Notes: generated by a model from the letters alone, not told the origin. A DNA stretch of 64,000 nucleotides from Octopus sinensis (GCF_006345805.1 NC_043013.1:45632001-45696000), one strand, 5' to 3'; positions 1 to 12,856 are shown, counted from the first letter of the stretch. Made by a program: numbers and translations.

Positions 1-679
1 AGATGGCTATTATACTTTACATCTCTAAAAATGCTTATATAGTTATTTCCCTTACAAACTCGAGCAACGCTGGGCGATACTGCTAGTAGATTATAAATTA
101 GACAGTCCATGGGACACACGTATCAGCTGCCATGCCTTAATTTTATTTACAGTTTTGCTTATATTTCATTTCCTGTCTAATTGTGAATTGCCCACTGATA
201 TGTTTCTTCATTCTCAATTAGATCAACCATTGGAAGTAGGAAAAGCAATATAGTGGCGAGAAATGCTCTGATTCATATTTGCGACTGGATAATTCAGGAC
301 TTGTGATATCTTGTGGCATTGAATTTGAGTCATAATAGAGTCAGTTTTTTGTTTTGCAATTGAGAAAATGAATATAAAGTTATATGTTGCAAAGAAGAGC
401 TATATTATTCGCAAAGCTATTCAATATGACAATATCTAAAGAGCACCATCCTTGCATTGTTAAATGTGTTTCATGTTTGAATATCGAACAGTTTATGCAG
501 TGACAAGTTTTGGTTCGTGACGGTTATTACATTTCAGAGCGAGTAAAAGCTCAGCTAGTAAGATTCAGAACTAATTGCATAAAGAACTCCAAAACAAATA
601 ATTGGTATCGGAGTTGTTCTAGGCAACACTAGAATATATTTTTGTCACTCTGCATTATACGAGGGAATTGGCAGATATT

Positions 680-903
680 CTTTTATTTGTTTCAGTCACT
701 TGACTGCAGCCGTGCTGGAGCATCATCTTGAAGGGTTTTAGTCAAACAAATTGACTTCAGGACTTACTTTTTAAAGCCTAGTACTTATTCTATCAGTTCC
801 TTTTGCTGAACTGCTAAGTTCCAGGGATGTAAATGCACCAACACCAGTTGTCAGCTGGTGATGGGGAGAGGCAAACATAGACACAAAGACACACACACAT
901 AGA

Positions 904-949
<46 letters not shown>

Positions 950-1095
950 CAGGCCTCTTTCAGTTTTGCATCTACCAAATCCACTCACAAGGCTTTGGTT
1001 GCCCTAAGGCTATAGTAGAAGACGCCCAAGGTGCTCCACAGTGGGACTGAACCTGGAACCATGTGGTTGGGAAGAAAGATTCTTATCACACAGCC
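680..1095 (-). mobile_element. SINE family A, diverged copy
   Basis: Same body and (TA)n core as 1359-1761. Confidence 0.75.
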
Positions 1096-1358
1096 AAATT
1101 TCTTGGTACTTATACAAAATGATTAAATAAAACGAGCTTCTCCTTTGTATAACTTCCCCCATAACTACTCTCTCATTTATTTCCCCTCTTCCTCATCTGT
1201 CTAGATTCTGTGTGTGTGGTGTTACTCATTGCTTGCCACTAAGCCTAATATGTGTATTCATCCGTATCCCTTATGCTCTCTTTCTCTGTATCTTTCTTTC
1301 CCTTTATTTATATGATGTAAAGCATGATAGCAGAAATCAACCAACAAACATTTATACA

Positions 1359-1761
1359 CTTTTACTTGTTTCATGCATTTGACTGCGGCCATGCTGGAGC
1401 ACAGCCTTTAGTTGAGCAAATCGACCCTGGGACTTATTCTTTGTAAGCCCAGTACTTATTCTATCGGTCTCTTTTGCCGAACCGCTAAGTGACGGGGACG
1501 TAAACACACCAGCATCGGTTGTCAAGCAATGCTAGGGGGACAAACACAGACACACAAACACACACATACATATATATATATGTATATATACATATATACG
1601 ATGGGCTTCTTTCAGTTTCCGTCTACCAAATCCACTCACAAGGCTTTGGTCGGGCCGGGGCTATAGCAGAAGACACTTGCCCAAGATGCCACGCAGTGGG
1701 ACTGAACCCGGAACCATGTGGTTGGTTAGCAAGCTACTTACCACACAGCCACTCCTGCGCC
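1359..1761 (-). mobile_element. tRNA-derived SINE family A (head ggcgcaggagtggctgtgtggtaag, central (TA)n/(TG)n, tail gaaacaagtaaaag)
   Basis: Full-length copy; near-identical copies recur through the window; A-box-like TGGCTGTGTGG and B-box-like GGTTCAGTCC in the head. Confidence 0.85.
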
Positions 1762-1981
1762 TATGTATACCATTTGAGTACAAAATACTAAGATGAGAAT
1801 TTAGATGGGTGTTTATATTTTTACTTGTTCAATTTAACTTTCATCTACGCAAACAGCACAAAGCACAATGCTTTGGTTTCTATTTGAACTGTTATTTTTT
1901 CCACATTCTAAATATGAAGTAACTTACTGTTGAGTATTCAGCATTAAGCATTTTAATTATGAATATTATTGGTGCCTTTAA

Positions 1982-2754
1982 CCCTTTAGCATTTAAACCG
2001 GCCATATCCGGCCAAAAGTATTCTGCTTGTTTTGTATTTAAACTGGCCAGATCTGGTCTCTCGCACCAGCCCCACAATATCGTTTCAAAAAATTAACGGC
2101 TACCTCATCAAAATCTCATAGCTACAAGATAATGCATGATTAGTTCAAAACGATGTGGATAAAAAAGGATTAATTTTGGCAGAATAATGTGAACGGTGAC
2201 ACGTAAAAGCACCACCCGTTCGTGGCCGTTTGCCAGCCCTGTCTGGCCCCCATGTCGGTGGCATGTAAAAGCACCACCCGTTCGTGGCCGTTTGCCAGCC
2301 CTGTCTGGCCCCCATGTCGGTGGCATGTAAAAGCACCATCCGTTCGTGCCCGTTGCCAGCCTCGCCTGGCCCCCGTGCCGGTGACACGTAAAAGCACCAT
2401 CCATTTCGTGGCCGTTTGCCAGCTCTGTCTGGCCCCTGTGTTGGTGGCACGTAAAAGCACCATCCGTTCGTGTCCGTTGCCAGCCTCGCCTGGCCCCGTG
2501 CCGGTGATACATAAAAGCACCATCCGTTCGTGGCCGTTTGCCAGCTCTGTCTGGCACCTGTGCAGGTGGCACGTAAAAAGCACCCACTACACTCACGGAG
2601 TGGTTGGCGTTAGGAAGGGCATCCAGCCGTAGAAACATTGCCAGATAAGACTGGGCCTGATGAAGCCTTCCAGCTTCACAGACCCCAGTTGAACCGTCCA
2701 ACCCATGCTAGCATGGAGAACGGACGCTAAATGATGATGATGATGACTAAAGGG
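1982..2754. mobile_element. piggyBac-like MITE family 1 interrupted by an RTE LINE 3' end
   Basis: TTAA|CCCTTTAG ... CTAAAGGG|TTAA termini; insertion at 2195-2746. Confidence 0.8.
2195..2746 (+). mobile_element. 5'-truncated RTE-type LINE 3' UTR with six ~62-bp tandem units and (ATG)n tail
   Basis: Units start at 2195, 2257, 2319, 2380, 2443, 2503; then gttaggaagggcatccagc core and gatgatgatg tail. Confidence 0.8.
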
Positions 2755-3025
2755 TTAAAATCTGCTCTTTTGACTGACAACAAAATATTACAGTTGACCG
2801 TATCATTTTAACGACTACTTCTGTATGCTTGTATGGGTTACACAAGGGTATGTCAGGGTGGTGTTTTCAGCAGTCAGATGCCTTTCCTGCTAGCAGCCCC
2901 CCCCCCCCCATTTATTTCCAAGTAAGGTAACAATCTCCCAGTCTGTAAAACAATATATCTATATGAACTGGACCCCTCCTCCAGTTTCCTTCTCAATACA
3001 TCCCTGCCGTTCATCATCTCCTTAA

Positions 3026-3245
3026 CCCTTTAGTGTTCACATTATTCTGCCAAAATTAATCCTTTTTTATCCACATTGTTTTGAACTAATCATGCATTAT
3101 CTTGTAGCTATGAGATTTTGATGAGGTAGCTGTTAATTTTTAAAACGATATTGTAGGGTTGGTGTGAGAAGCCAGATGTGGCCAGTTTGAACATAAAACA
3201 GGCAGAATACTTTTGGCCGGATATGGCCGGTTTAAATGCTAAAGG
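3026..3245. mobile_element. piggyBac-like MITE family 1, intact 220 bp
   Basis: TTAA flanks at 3022-25 and 3246-49; CCCTTTAG/CTAAAGGG TIRs. Confidence 0.85.
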
Positions 3246-3375
3246 GTTAACTGTGGTATTCTACTTCTGTAATTAAATGGGAATAGAACAGCATACTTCA
3301 CCAGTTTTTCGTGATTCCACTTGTTTTTCTCAGTATTTGAAATCATTTCATTTGATATTCATCTTTGATTTTTAA

Positions 3376-3593
3376 CCCTTTGGTGTTCAAATTAGTCTAT
3401 TAAATGTAATACTTTTTCACTCAAATTGTTTTGAATTAATCATGCATTATGTTATAGCTTTGAGGTTTCAATGATGTGATTGTTTATTTTTATAATGTCA
3501 ATGTAGGTTAGGTGTGAGAGGCTAGATATGGCCAGTTTGAATATAAAACATAGAATATTTAGGCTGGATATGGTCGGTTTAAACACTAAAGGG
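3376..3593. mobile_element. piggyBac-like MITE family 1, intact 218 bp
   Basis: TTAA flanks; CCCTTT/AAAGGG termini; body matches 3026-3245. Confidence 0.85.
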
Positions 3594-6441
3594 TTAACAC
3601 GGCTCTCCTCCCACATTTTACATTGATCTCCCTCTTGCGTCACTAAATTATATCTCTTCCACCACCGTGTATCTCTCACTCTCCCCATGTACTACACCTA
3701 CACCTGCCTTTCTACTTCCCATACACTCTTGCAATCTACCCAGCTGCATGTCATTTTTTTAATCCTCTCTCATCCTTCCCTTGTCTACTATGTAATTATC
3801 TCTATTCTGCATCTCTCCATTCCAACCGTTTCTGCATTGTCAGTCATTTCCTACTCTCCTCAAACTCATATGTATCATAGGTCACCTTCCGCCCCTTACC
3901 TATGCCTCAACCCCACTTGATCTCCATAGTTGTCATCTATTCTTCCCTTCAGTTCCTATTTATCATTCCTCAACATTTGTTCTTCATTCATTATATTCAC
4001 CTCATCTATTCTCCATCTCTACCCATCTCATCTCTCACTCTCCCATGCAACTTTGCACTCTCCTTGTTCTCCTGTCTCCATTCACTTCTACTCACCTTGT
4101 ATCTTGAGGGTCCACTCCAACACTTCATCACTTTTGATTTTATATCTTTTTCTTTCCAATCCATCCTTGGTCAATCCCACTTTCTTTTCCATAATGTAAG
4201 CATAATGTAAGCAGCCATGTAGCTCCTCAAAGGAAGACACCTATTCTGTTGTGACCCCTTCTCACATACTTGAACCCCTCATTTCCTTGCACAAAGCTGT
4301 CCCCCCTCTTCCATCTATACTGTAGCCTCCTCTCAGTTGAAAGAATCTTGTAAGCTGCATGTACTAGTTGCATGAAAAATGCAACTGGTGCACACTGTAA
4401 AGTGGATGACAGGATGAGTACCCAGCCATAGAAACCATGCTAAAGCTGACATCAGCGCATGATGCTTGCCTCAGCCCCATTAGATCCTGTCAAACTAAGT
4501 CAACCCCTAACTGTATAGCATTCAGATTACTCTGTCAAATGTAATGTTTATATATTTACATCATTTTGAATTACTCCTACATTGTCTTGTGGCTTTCAGA
4601 GTTCAATGATGTGACTGTGTTATGTTCAGAATGACATTGTAGGGTAGGCGTGAGAGGTCAGATCTGGCTGGTTTGAACATAAAACAGGGAGAATATTTGG
4701 GGCTGGATATGGTTGAATCTGAAACCATGTGGTTGGGAAGCAAATTTCTTAACCACATGGCCAATGTCAGCACCATCCGTATTTCAAGAAACGAGTTGTC
4801 AAGCAAAATTTATTTTCTAGAATTATTGCTTATTAGAAATGGAAGAAATGGTATTGAAATTGTTCGTTTTAGCTTTGGTGGGGAAGATAAAAGTAAATCA
4901 AACCTCATGGTGATGTTGATGAAGAGAGTACGGCCGATTGATGGTAGAATAGATAATTGTTGAGATGTAAGAGGTGAAATGTTTGCAGTGGCCGCATCAC
5001 TGTTTGATTGTAGTTGTCTCTTGTTTCTTTTGGTCTTTTAGATTGAAAATATACATTTCTAGAGAAATTGGTTTAATATGTCTATACGTGTTGTTATGTT
5101 GAAAGAACTGGAAACAATGGTTGATGATTATCAATGTTTGTAATCTGATTTCTAGTATTTGTAATTTGAAAATCATTATTATTCTGTAATTTTTGAGAAA
5201 ATATTTGTGTTGCTTTATTGGTATTTGTTCATCTATTTCCCATTACTTGTTATTCCAGACCATTTTGTCTTTGCTGATTCTCTTCATTATTACCATCAAA
5301 CTAACTTGTCAATAGACTTGATTAAATTATTTTCTTCACATTTTTTTTTTTTGCTAATTTGTTGTGAATGCCTAAGAATATTTTGTTTAATTGTTTTATG
5401 TTCTGGATTAAAAATACTACGAATAGAACTGATCTTTGACTTTTTCTCTCTGGATTTTAGAGAATAAGTACCAGTAATACTTGATTGGTATAATCATTTG
5501 TCTTTTGCTACAAATTAGTGGCCTTCTCTCACTGGGAAAACTCATTATCAGTTATTATCTTTCATCTTTTACTTGTTTCAGTCACTGGACTGTGGCCATG
5601 CTGAGGCACTATGTTAAAGGGTTTAGTTGGAAAAAAAAATTCCTTCTGTACTTATTTTTTTTAAAGCCTTGGTATTTATTTTGTTGGTCCCTTTTACTAA
5701 ACTGAGGACACAAACCAACATTGGTTGTCAAGGGGTGGGGACAGACACAAAGATGCACAAACACACATGTACATGCACACATGATGACCATCCACATAGT
5801 TTCCATTCCCTCACAAAGCATTGATCAGCCCAGGGCTATAGTAGAAGGTACTGGCCAATGTGCCATACATTGGGAGTGAACCTGAAATCATGAGGTTGCA
5901 AATTGAGTTATGAGCTTTGATTTCAGGTTGAAGCCATTTAGCACAAATATTATAACATCATCATCATCATCATTTAACGTCCGCTTTCCATGCTAGCATG
6001 GGTTGGACGGTTTTGACTGAGGGCTGGCAACCAGATGGCTGCACCAAGCTCCAGTCTTGATCTGGCAGAGTTTCTACAGCTGGATGCCCTTCCTAATACC
6101 AACCACTCCGAGAGTGTAGTGGGTGCTTTTTACGTGCCACCTGCACGGGGGCCAGTCAGGCGGTACTGGCAATGACCTCGCTCGAATCTTTTTACACGTG
6201 CCACCAACACAGGTGCCAGTGAAGCGACGTTGGTAATGATCATGCTTGAATGGTGCCCTTTTCCTAAAAAAAATTATTATTCTATTCTGAAAAATATGTT
6301 AACTTGTACTATTGTCTCTTGTACTTATTGAAAGATGTATTGATTATTTTGTTGATTTTCTTGGAATATTTGTAATTTTTTCCAATCTGCACTATAAATT
6401 TTTAAAGTATTAACAATTTCCGATTTTTTTTTTCCTTACAG

Positions 6442-6615
6442 CTGTGTCCTAAGATTTCCTAGTACCAACATAAAAATAGTTTTCCAGTCTTTATTAAATG
6501 ATGAAGAAAGTTCTCCTCCTAGTCCTATGAAAAAGAGGAATCTACCTCTGAACATTCCCGATGTAACTGATGGTGTATTTAACAGTCCGTGTCCTTCACC
6601 CACAGGAACTATCAG
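6442..6615 (+). CDS. FoxK: FoxK internal coding exon A (end of FHA region plus Ser/Pro linker), phase 2 to 2
   Basis: ttccttacag acceptor, ag|gtgagt donor; translates CVLRFPSTNIKIVFQSLLNDEESSPPSPMKKRNLPLNIPDVTDGVFNSPCPSPTGTIS, matching the FOXK CTFRFPSTNIKI...SPxPSPTGTIS motif. Confidence 0.95.
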
Positions 6616-7507
6616 GTGAGTGTACACACCCTTTATTAGTTAGTCATTAATCTCTTCATTGGGGCAAAACAAATAACTGTATTCTGCTGAATGCCGAACT
6701 CCATTGAGAAGTCACGTTTGATGAATTATTATAACATCCATCCTTCCATCTTCATAGTCCTCACTATTTCTGTGAAGATTTGGAGTAAAGAGTCCTCAAA
6801 CATGCCCTTCAGAGTGTCTTGTCAGAAGTAACTGCCTGCAAATGTTTTAATTGGATTTTCTCTTCTCTATTATGGAGGCTAGCTGAATTCAGTAGGATAA
6901 TCTCTCTGGCAGGTTTTTGCCTTCCTCCCAACAGTGATTTTTTTTCAGTGAATAGCCTGCCCTCAATTGTGTTGTTACATCTACTCTGAACTGCAGATGG
7001 TTGCATCGCTTTGTGCTCCTTCTGATTTGTGATATATAGCATCCACAATGCCCATAATTACTATAGTCGTAACCAAGTATTGCCACCACTTATTACCCAG
7101 TCTACCAACTGAGCAAATAGATCATCGTTGGATTTATCTGATCTACGTCACCCATTTAACTGTTGCAATTGAGGTTCAGAAACGGTGTACCATTTTCATC
7201 TATGTTATTGAGCATTAGTGGATAGAAAATTAATTTGTCTCTTATTACAGATGGCATGCCATTAGAATATGTGGTTGTTAGCAAGTTTCTTTTTTGCTGT
7301 TAGATTTTTTTCACCTCTTCTTCTTAATTTTGCCTTTTGTATAATCAACAGCAACCCTTTTTTGCTGTAATCACTGTAGCACAGATATATGTTGCTATGG
7401 TTTCTAAATCCACTGCAGTTCTGATTGAGCCGAAAATATGATTATCTCTGGCCCCAATAGCACATTGACACTGCAGTATTACTGCTGCTCCACTGCTTTC
7501 AATAGTG

Positions 7508-7888
7508 GAAGCACTCCGTCGGTTACGACGACGAGGGTTCCGGTTGATCCGAATCAACGGAACAGCCTGCTCGTGAAATTAACGTGTAAGTGGCTGAGCA
7601 CTCCACAGACACGTGTACCCTTAACGTAGTTCTCGGGGATATTTAGCGTGACACAGAGAGTGACAAGGCCGGCCCTTTGAAATACAGGTACAACAGAAAC
7701 GGGAAGTAAGAGTGAGAGAAAGTTGTGGTGAAAGAGTACAGCAGGGATCACCACCATCCCCTGCCGGAGCCTCGTGGAGCTTTAGGTGTTTTCGCTCAAT
7801 AAACACTCAACGCCCGGTCTGGGAATCGAAATCGCGATCCTATGACCGCGAGTCCGCTGCCCTAAGCACTGGGCCATTGCGCCTCCAC
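7508..7888 (-). mobile_element. tRNA-derived SINE family B (head gtggaggcgcaatggcccagtgg), body type ii
   Basis: 13-bp TSD gctttcaatagtg at 7495-7507 and 7889-7901; reverse complement of 30545-30929. Confidence 0.88.
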
Positions 7889-7977
7889 GCTTTCAATAGT
7901 GAGCTTATATTGACCCCTGTATTACTACTGCTACTTCACTGTTTTTAATAGTGATCTTATACTGATACTGTAACGCA

Positions 7978-8194
7978 CAGTGGTTCTCAGTCAGGGTCCA
8001 TATGACTCTTGGGGGTTGATCTTAGATTTTGTAGATATACACAAAATATTTTAACTATTTCTAAATACAATTCCTAATAACATTTAATTGTATAAGTTTA
8101 ACAAGATTTTTAAAACATTGAATGGCTGAGGGCCCACTTGGGTCAAATAAGAATCAAAGGGGTCCATAGGTATAAAAATGGTTGAGAACCACTG
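7978..8194. mobile_element. hAT/Charlie-like MITE
   Basis: TIRs cagtggttctca ... tgagaaccactg; related element at ~16010-16557; 8-bp TSD not evident. Confidence 0.65.
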
Positions 8195-8226
8195 TTGTAG
8201 TACTACTGCTATTCCACTACCTTTAA

Positions 8227-8852
8227 CCCTTTCATTACCAACCCGGCTGAAACCGCCTCTGGCTCTGTAGTACAAATGTCTTGTTTTCATTAGTTTTGAA
8301 TTAAAATATTCCACGAAACCTTAGTCACAATTTATGTTCCTAACACTAGCTTAATGATACCTAAGTTATTTTACTAAATTCTTTGTTATTCTTTGTTAGG
8401 CGCAGGAGTGGTTGTGTGGTAAGTAGCTTGTTTACCAACCACATGTTTCCGGGTTCAGTCCCACTGCGTGGCATCTTGGGCAAGTGTCTTCTGCTATAGC
8501 CTCGGGCCGACCAATGCCTTGTGAGTGGATTTGGTAGACGGAAACTGAAAGAAGCCTGTCGTATATATGTGTATGTATATGTTTGTGTGTCTGTGTTTGT
8601 CCCCCTAGCATTGCTTGACAACCAATGCTGGTGTGTTTACGTCCCCATCACTTAGCGGTTCGGCAAAAGAGACCGATAGAATAAGTACTGGGCTTACAAA
8701 GAAAAAAGTCCCGGGGTCGATTTGCTCGACTAAAGGCGGTGCTCCAGCATGGCCGCAGTCAAATGACTGAAACAAGTAAAAGAGTAAAGAGAGTATAAAA
8801 TAACAGAAAGAAACACAGAGCATCTCAAAAAATAAATACGGTAACGAAAGGG
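8227..8852. mobile_element. piggyBac-like MITE family 2 (CCCTTTC[A/G]TTAC) interrupted by SINE A
   Basis: TTAA flanks at 8223-26 and 8853-56; uninterrupted relatives at 45343-45562 and 58674-58893. Confidence 0.82.
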
Positions 8853-10176
8853 TTAATAGTGCCCTTACGTTGACACTCTTATACTACTTCTACTCCTCTG
8901 TCTTCAATAGATTATTACAATGCTTTAAGTTTGTTGGTTCAGTTAAATCCCAGTATATGACTGATAAGTATTTTGTTGGCACTAGAAAATTGGAAAACAA
9001 TGTTAACCCTGAATGGATTTGAACTCTGCCAGTACTAGTTCTCTTTTCTACCAACTGTTTTGACTCTTTAGCATTTATATTGGCCATATCCGGCCAAAAT
9101 ATTCTATTTGTTTTATGTTCAAACCGGCCAGGTCCAACCTCTCACACCTGCCCTACAATGTTAGTCTAAAAAATATACCCTTATGTCATTGAAATCTTGA
9201 AGTTACAAGATAATGCAAGATTAATTTGAAACAATGGCGCAGGAGTGGCTGTGTGGTAAGTAGCTTGTCTACCAACCACATGGTTCCGGGTTCAGTTCCA
9301 CTGCGTGGCACCTTGGGCAAGTGTCTTCTACTATAGCCTCGGCCGACCAATGCCTTGTGAGTGGATTTGGTAGACGGAAACTGAAAGAAGCCTGTCGTAT
9401 ATATGTGTATGTATATGTTTGTGTGTCTGTGTTTGTCCCCCTAGCATTGCTTGACAACCAATGCTGGTGTGTTTACGTCCCCATCACTTAGCGGTTCGGC
9501 AAAAGAGACCGATAGAATAAGTACTGGGCTTACAAAGAAAAAAGTCCCGGGGTCGATTTGCTCGACTAAAGGCGGTGCTCCAGCATGGCCGCAGTCAAAT
9601 GACTGAAACAAGTAAAAGAGTAAAGAGAGTATAAAATAACAGAAAGAAACACAGAGCATCTCAAAAAATAAATACGGTAACGAAAGGGTTAATAGTGCCC
9701 TTACGTTGACACTCTTATACTACTTCTACTCCTCTGTCTTCAATAGATTATTACAATGCTTTAAGTTTGTTGGTTCAGTTAAATCCCAGTATATGACTGA
9801 TAAGTATTTTGTTGGCACTAGAAAATTGGAAAACAATGTTAACCCTGAATGGATTTGAACTCTGCCAGTACTAGTTCTCTTTTCTACCAACTGTTTTGAC
9901 TCTTTAGCATTTATATTGGCCATATCCGGCCAAAATATTCTATTTGTTTTATGTTCAAACCGGCCAGGTCCAACCTCTCACACCTGCCCTACAATGTTAG
10001 TCTAAAAAATATACCCTTATGTCATTGAAATCTTGAAGTTACAAGATAATGCAAGATTAATTTGAAACAATGGCGCAGGAGTGGCTGTGTGGTAAGTAGC
10101 TTGTCTACCAACCACATGGTTCCGGGTTCAGTTCCACTGCGTGGCACCTTGGGCAAGTGTCTTCTACTATAGCCTC
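8515..10176. repeat. Recent tandem duplication, 836-bp period, bounded by SINE A copies starting at ~8398, ~9236 and ~10072
   Basis: 8515-9340 and 9351-10176 read as identical; the ORF track shows identical ORFs offset by 836. Confidence 0.92.
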
Positions 10177-10244
10177 GGGCCGACCAAAGCCTTGTGAGTG
10201 GATTTGGTAGACGGAAACTGAAAGAAGCCCGTCGTATATATGTA

Positions 10245-10247
<3 letters not shown>

Positions 10248-10280
<33 letters not shown>

Positions 10281-10290
10281 CATCATCATC

Positions 10291-10331
<41 letters not shown>

Positions 10332-10385
10332 ATATATATATATATATATATATATTATTATCATCATATATATATATATATATGC
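10248..10385. repeat. Compound (TA)n/(ATC)n microsatellite inside a SINE A core
   Basis: Directly visible. Confidence 0.9.
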
Positions 10386-11039
10386 GTGTGTGTGTTTGTC
10401 CCCCTAGCATTGCTTGACAACCGATGCTGGTGTGTTTATGTCCCCGTTACTTAGCGGTTCTGCAAAAGAGACCGATAGAATAAGTACTGGGCTTACAAAA
10501 GAATAAGGCCCGGGGTCGATTTGCTCGATTAAAGGCGGTGCTCCAGCATGGCCGCAGTCAAATGACTGAAACAAGTAAAAGAGTAATGTGAATAAATGAA
10601 CAACACATTTGCCAGAATAATCTGAATGCTAAAGGGTTAAACGAAGAAGTTTCTGGAAAAGCTGCTTGACCTGTTGGAAATAACAGTCAAACCACCCTTA
10701 CAGTCTTTTTTCAAAGGACACATCAGATGCACTGTGCCTGGAAAATGAGTCATGGTTGAAATACTTTTGATCCCCTGTGTGTTCAATCAGGCCTGACTGG
10801 GAGCTACTCAACAGCAGCAGCTTGATAATTATTTTTATTTGGTATCTTACTCTTTTACTTGTTTCAGTCATTTGACTGCGGCCATGATATGGAGCACCGC
10901 CTTTAGTCGAGCAAATCGATCCCGGGACTTATTCTTTGTAAGCCCAGTACTTATTCTATAGGTCTCTTTTTGCTGAACCGCTAAGTAACGGGGACGTAAA
11001 CACACCAGCATCGGTTGTCAAGCAATGCTAGGGGGACAA

Positions 11040-11070
<31 letters not shown>

Positions 11071-11084
11071 GGTGTCTACTCTTT

Positions 11085-11355
11085 GAACCCCCCTCTTCAA
11101 TACGCTATTTCACCATGCATTACCCCTCTCTCGATATCCTACGTTCTACTTGCCTAGAACCTGTCCTCTGAACCACCCCTCCCACTGGTGCTCCCCTATA
11201 TTTCTGCACCCCCCCACCACGAACCCCCCCCTCTTCAATACGCTATTTCACCATGCATTACCCCTCTCTCGATATCCCACGTTCTACTTGCCTAGTACCT
11301 GTCCTCTGAACCACCCCTCCCACTGGTGCTCCCCTATATTTCTGCACCCCCCCCC
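11085..11355. repeat. Two-copy 136-bp C-rich tandem repeat
   Basis: gaacccccctcttcaatacgct... at 11085 and 11221. Confidence 0.88.
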
Positions 11356-11356
11356 A

Positions 11357-11597
11357 TAAAAAGCACCATCCGAACGTGGCCGATGCCAGACCCCTCTGGC
11401 ACCTGTGCAGGTGGCACGTAAAAAACACCCACTACACTCGCGGAGTGGTTGGCGTTAGGAAGGGCATCCAGCTGTAGAAACACTGCCAGACTAGACTGGA
11501 GCCTGGGGCAGTCCCGAGCTCCCCAGACCCCGGTCGAAACCGTCCAACCCGTGCTAGCGCGGAAAACGGACGTTAAACGATGATGATGATGATGATG
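11357..11597 (+). mobile_element. RTE-type LINE 3' end with (ATG)n tail, inserted in the core of a SINE A copy (10845-11780, minus strand)
   Basis: aggaagggcatccagctgtagaaac core; SINE A halves on either side. Confidence 0.8.
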
Positions 11598-12761
11598 ATA
11601 TATACATACATATATACGACAGGCTTCTTTTCAGTTTCTGTCTACCAAATCCACTCACAAGGCATTGGTCGGCCTGGGGCTATAGCAGAAGACACTTGCC
11701 CAAGATGCTACGCAGTGGGACTGAACCCGGAACCATGTGGCTGGTTAGCAAGCTACTTACCACACAGCCACTCCTGCGCCACATGTGATTATCCATGTGA
11801 TTATCATTAAAAAAAAATCATTATTATTTAAAGAAGTTGGGGCTAAATTGGGGAAAACAGTAAAGTACTAGTTTTAATCTTTTTTAGTATTAAATTAGAG
11901 ATCAAATTTCTTTGCATTTAACTTTACCTTTCTTCTCTTTGAGTTTGAGAAATAAGTAGTTGGAGTTTAGCCCTAGGTCAGCTCTGATCAAACAGACTTG
12001 TAATCAAAGACATGATCACCAAATCTTTTGCACCAGTTTTTTTTTGACTTGGTATCAATAGTTTTTGCTATTGTTAATTATATAATTAAACTTAAATGTT
12101 GAAGTGAATCGAACGGCTTTTGTGCGTTTCTTAAATAGCTTACAAACACCTTCCACGCTGCAATTGTTTTCGTTCCTGCACACGATCTCAGATCAAATCA
12201 CTTGCTATGCGAGTACATCTCCGTAATTATATAATTAAAATATATATATAACTGACTCATTCATTTAATGTTTCTGTTAGAAAACCCAGACTAATTAACT
12301 GTTATTCAACACTCATTTTAATGAGACAAAATTTGAAAAGCCCTAATCAAGTTCTCTTTTTAAAATTTGGCCTTACTTAGTAGATGAACGAGGTCAGTAT
12401 CACAAACCTAAAGTTTTTATTAACACAGTTGTTATTCTAGTAAAGTGGAGATAACATTTGAACTGCAATCTGTGGCGACATTAAATGCAAGAAAGAAAAT
12501 TACTCTAAACAAAATGCATGTAGAATTTGATGGAACGGAATGGTTTATTTGTTGAGCAATACTCTTTACTCTTTTACTTGTTTCAGGTATTTGACTGCGG
12601 CCATGCTGGAGCACCACCTTTAGTCGAGCAAATCGACCCCGGGACTTACTCTTTGTAAGCCCAGTACTTATTCTATCGGTCTCTTTTTGCCGAACCGCTA
12701 AGTGACGGGGACGTAAACACACCAGCATCGGTTGTCAAGCAATGCTAGGGGGACAAACACA

Positions 12762-12799
<38 letters not shown>

Positions 12800-12856
12800 C
12801 ACATATACGACGGGCTTCTTTCAGTTTCCGTCTACCAAATCCACTCACAAGGCATT

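Noticed and set aside
2195-2580. CRISPR-like regular array
   Set aside because: Units are contiguous with no unique spacers, there are no cas genes, and the context is a eukaryotic retroelement.
1519-2701. ORFs of 90-197 aa, and similar ORFs recurring across the track (MDGSTGV..., MSSNARG..., MLGGQTQ...)
   Set aside because: They are reads through SINE or LINE-UTR repeats and microsatellites, with no splice or domain support.
1-6441. Search for the FHA-encoding upstream FoxK exon
   Set aside because: No FHA-like frame with splice sites was found; it must lie 5' of the window.
8398-10585. LTR retrotransposon/TRIM interpretation of the direct repeats
   Set aside because: The repeats are SINE A copies with no TG...CA ends, PBS or PPT; the chimeric middle copy explains the structure.
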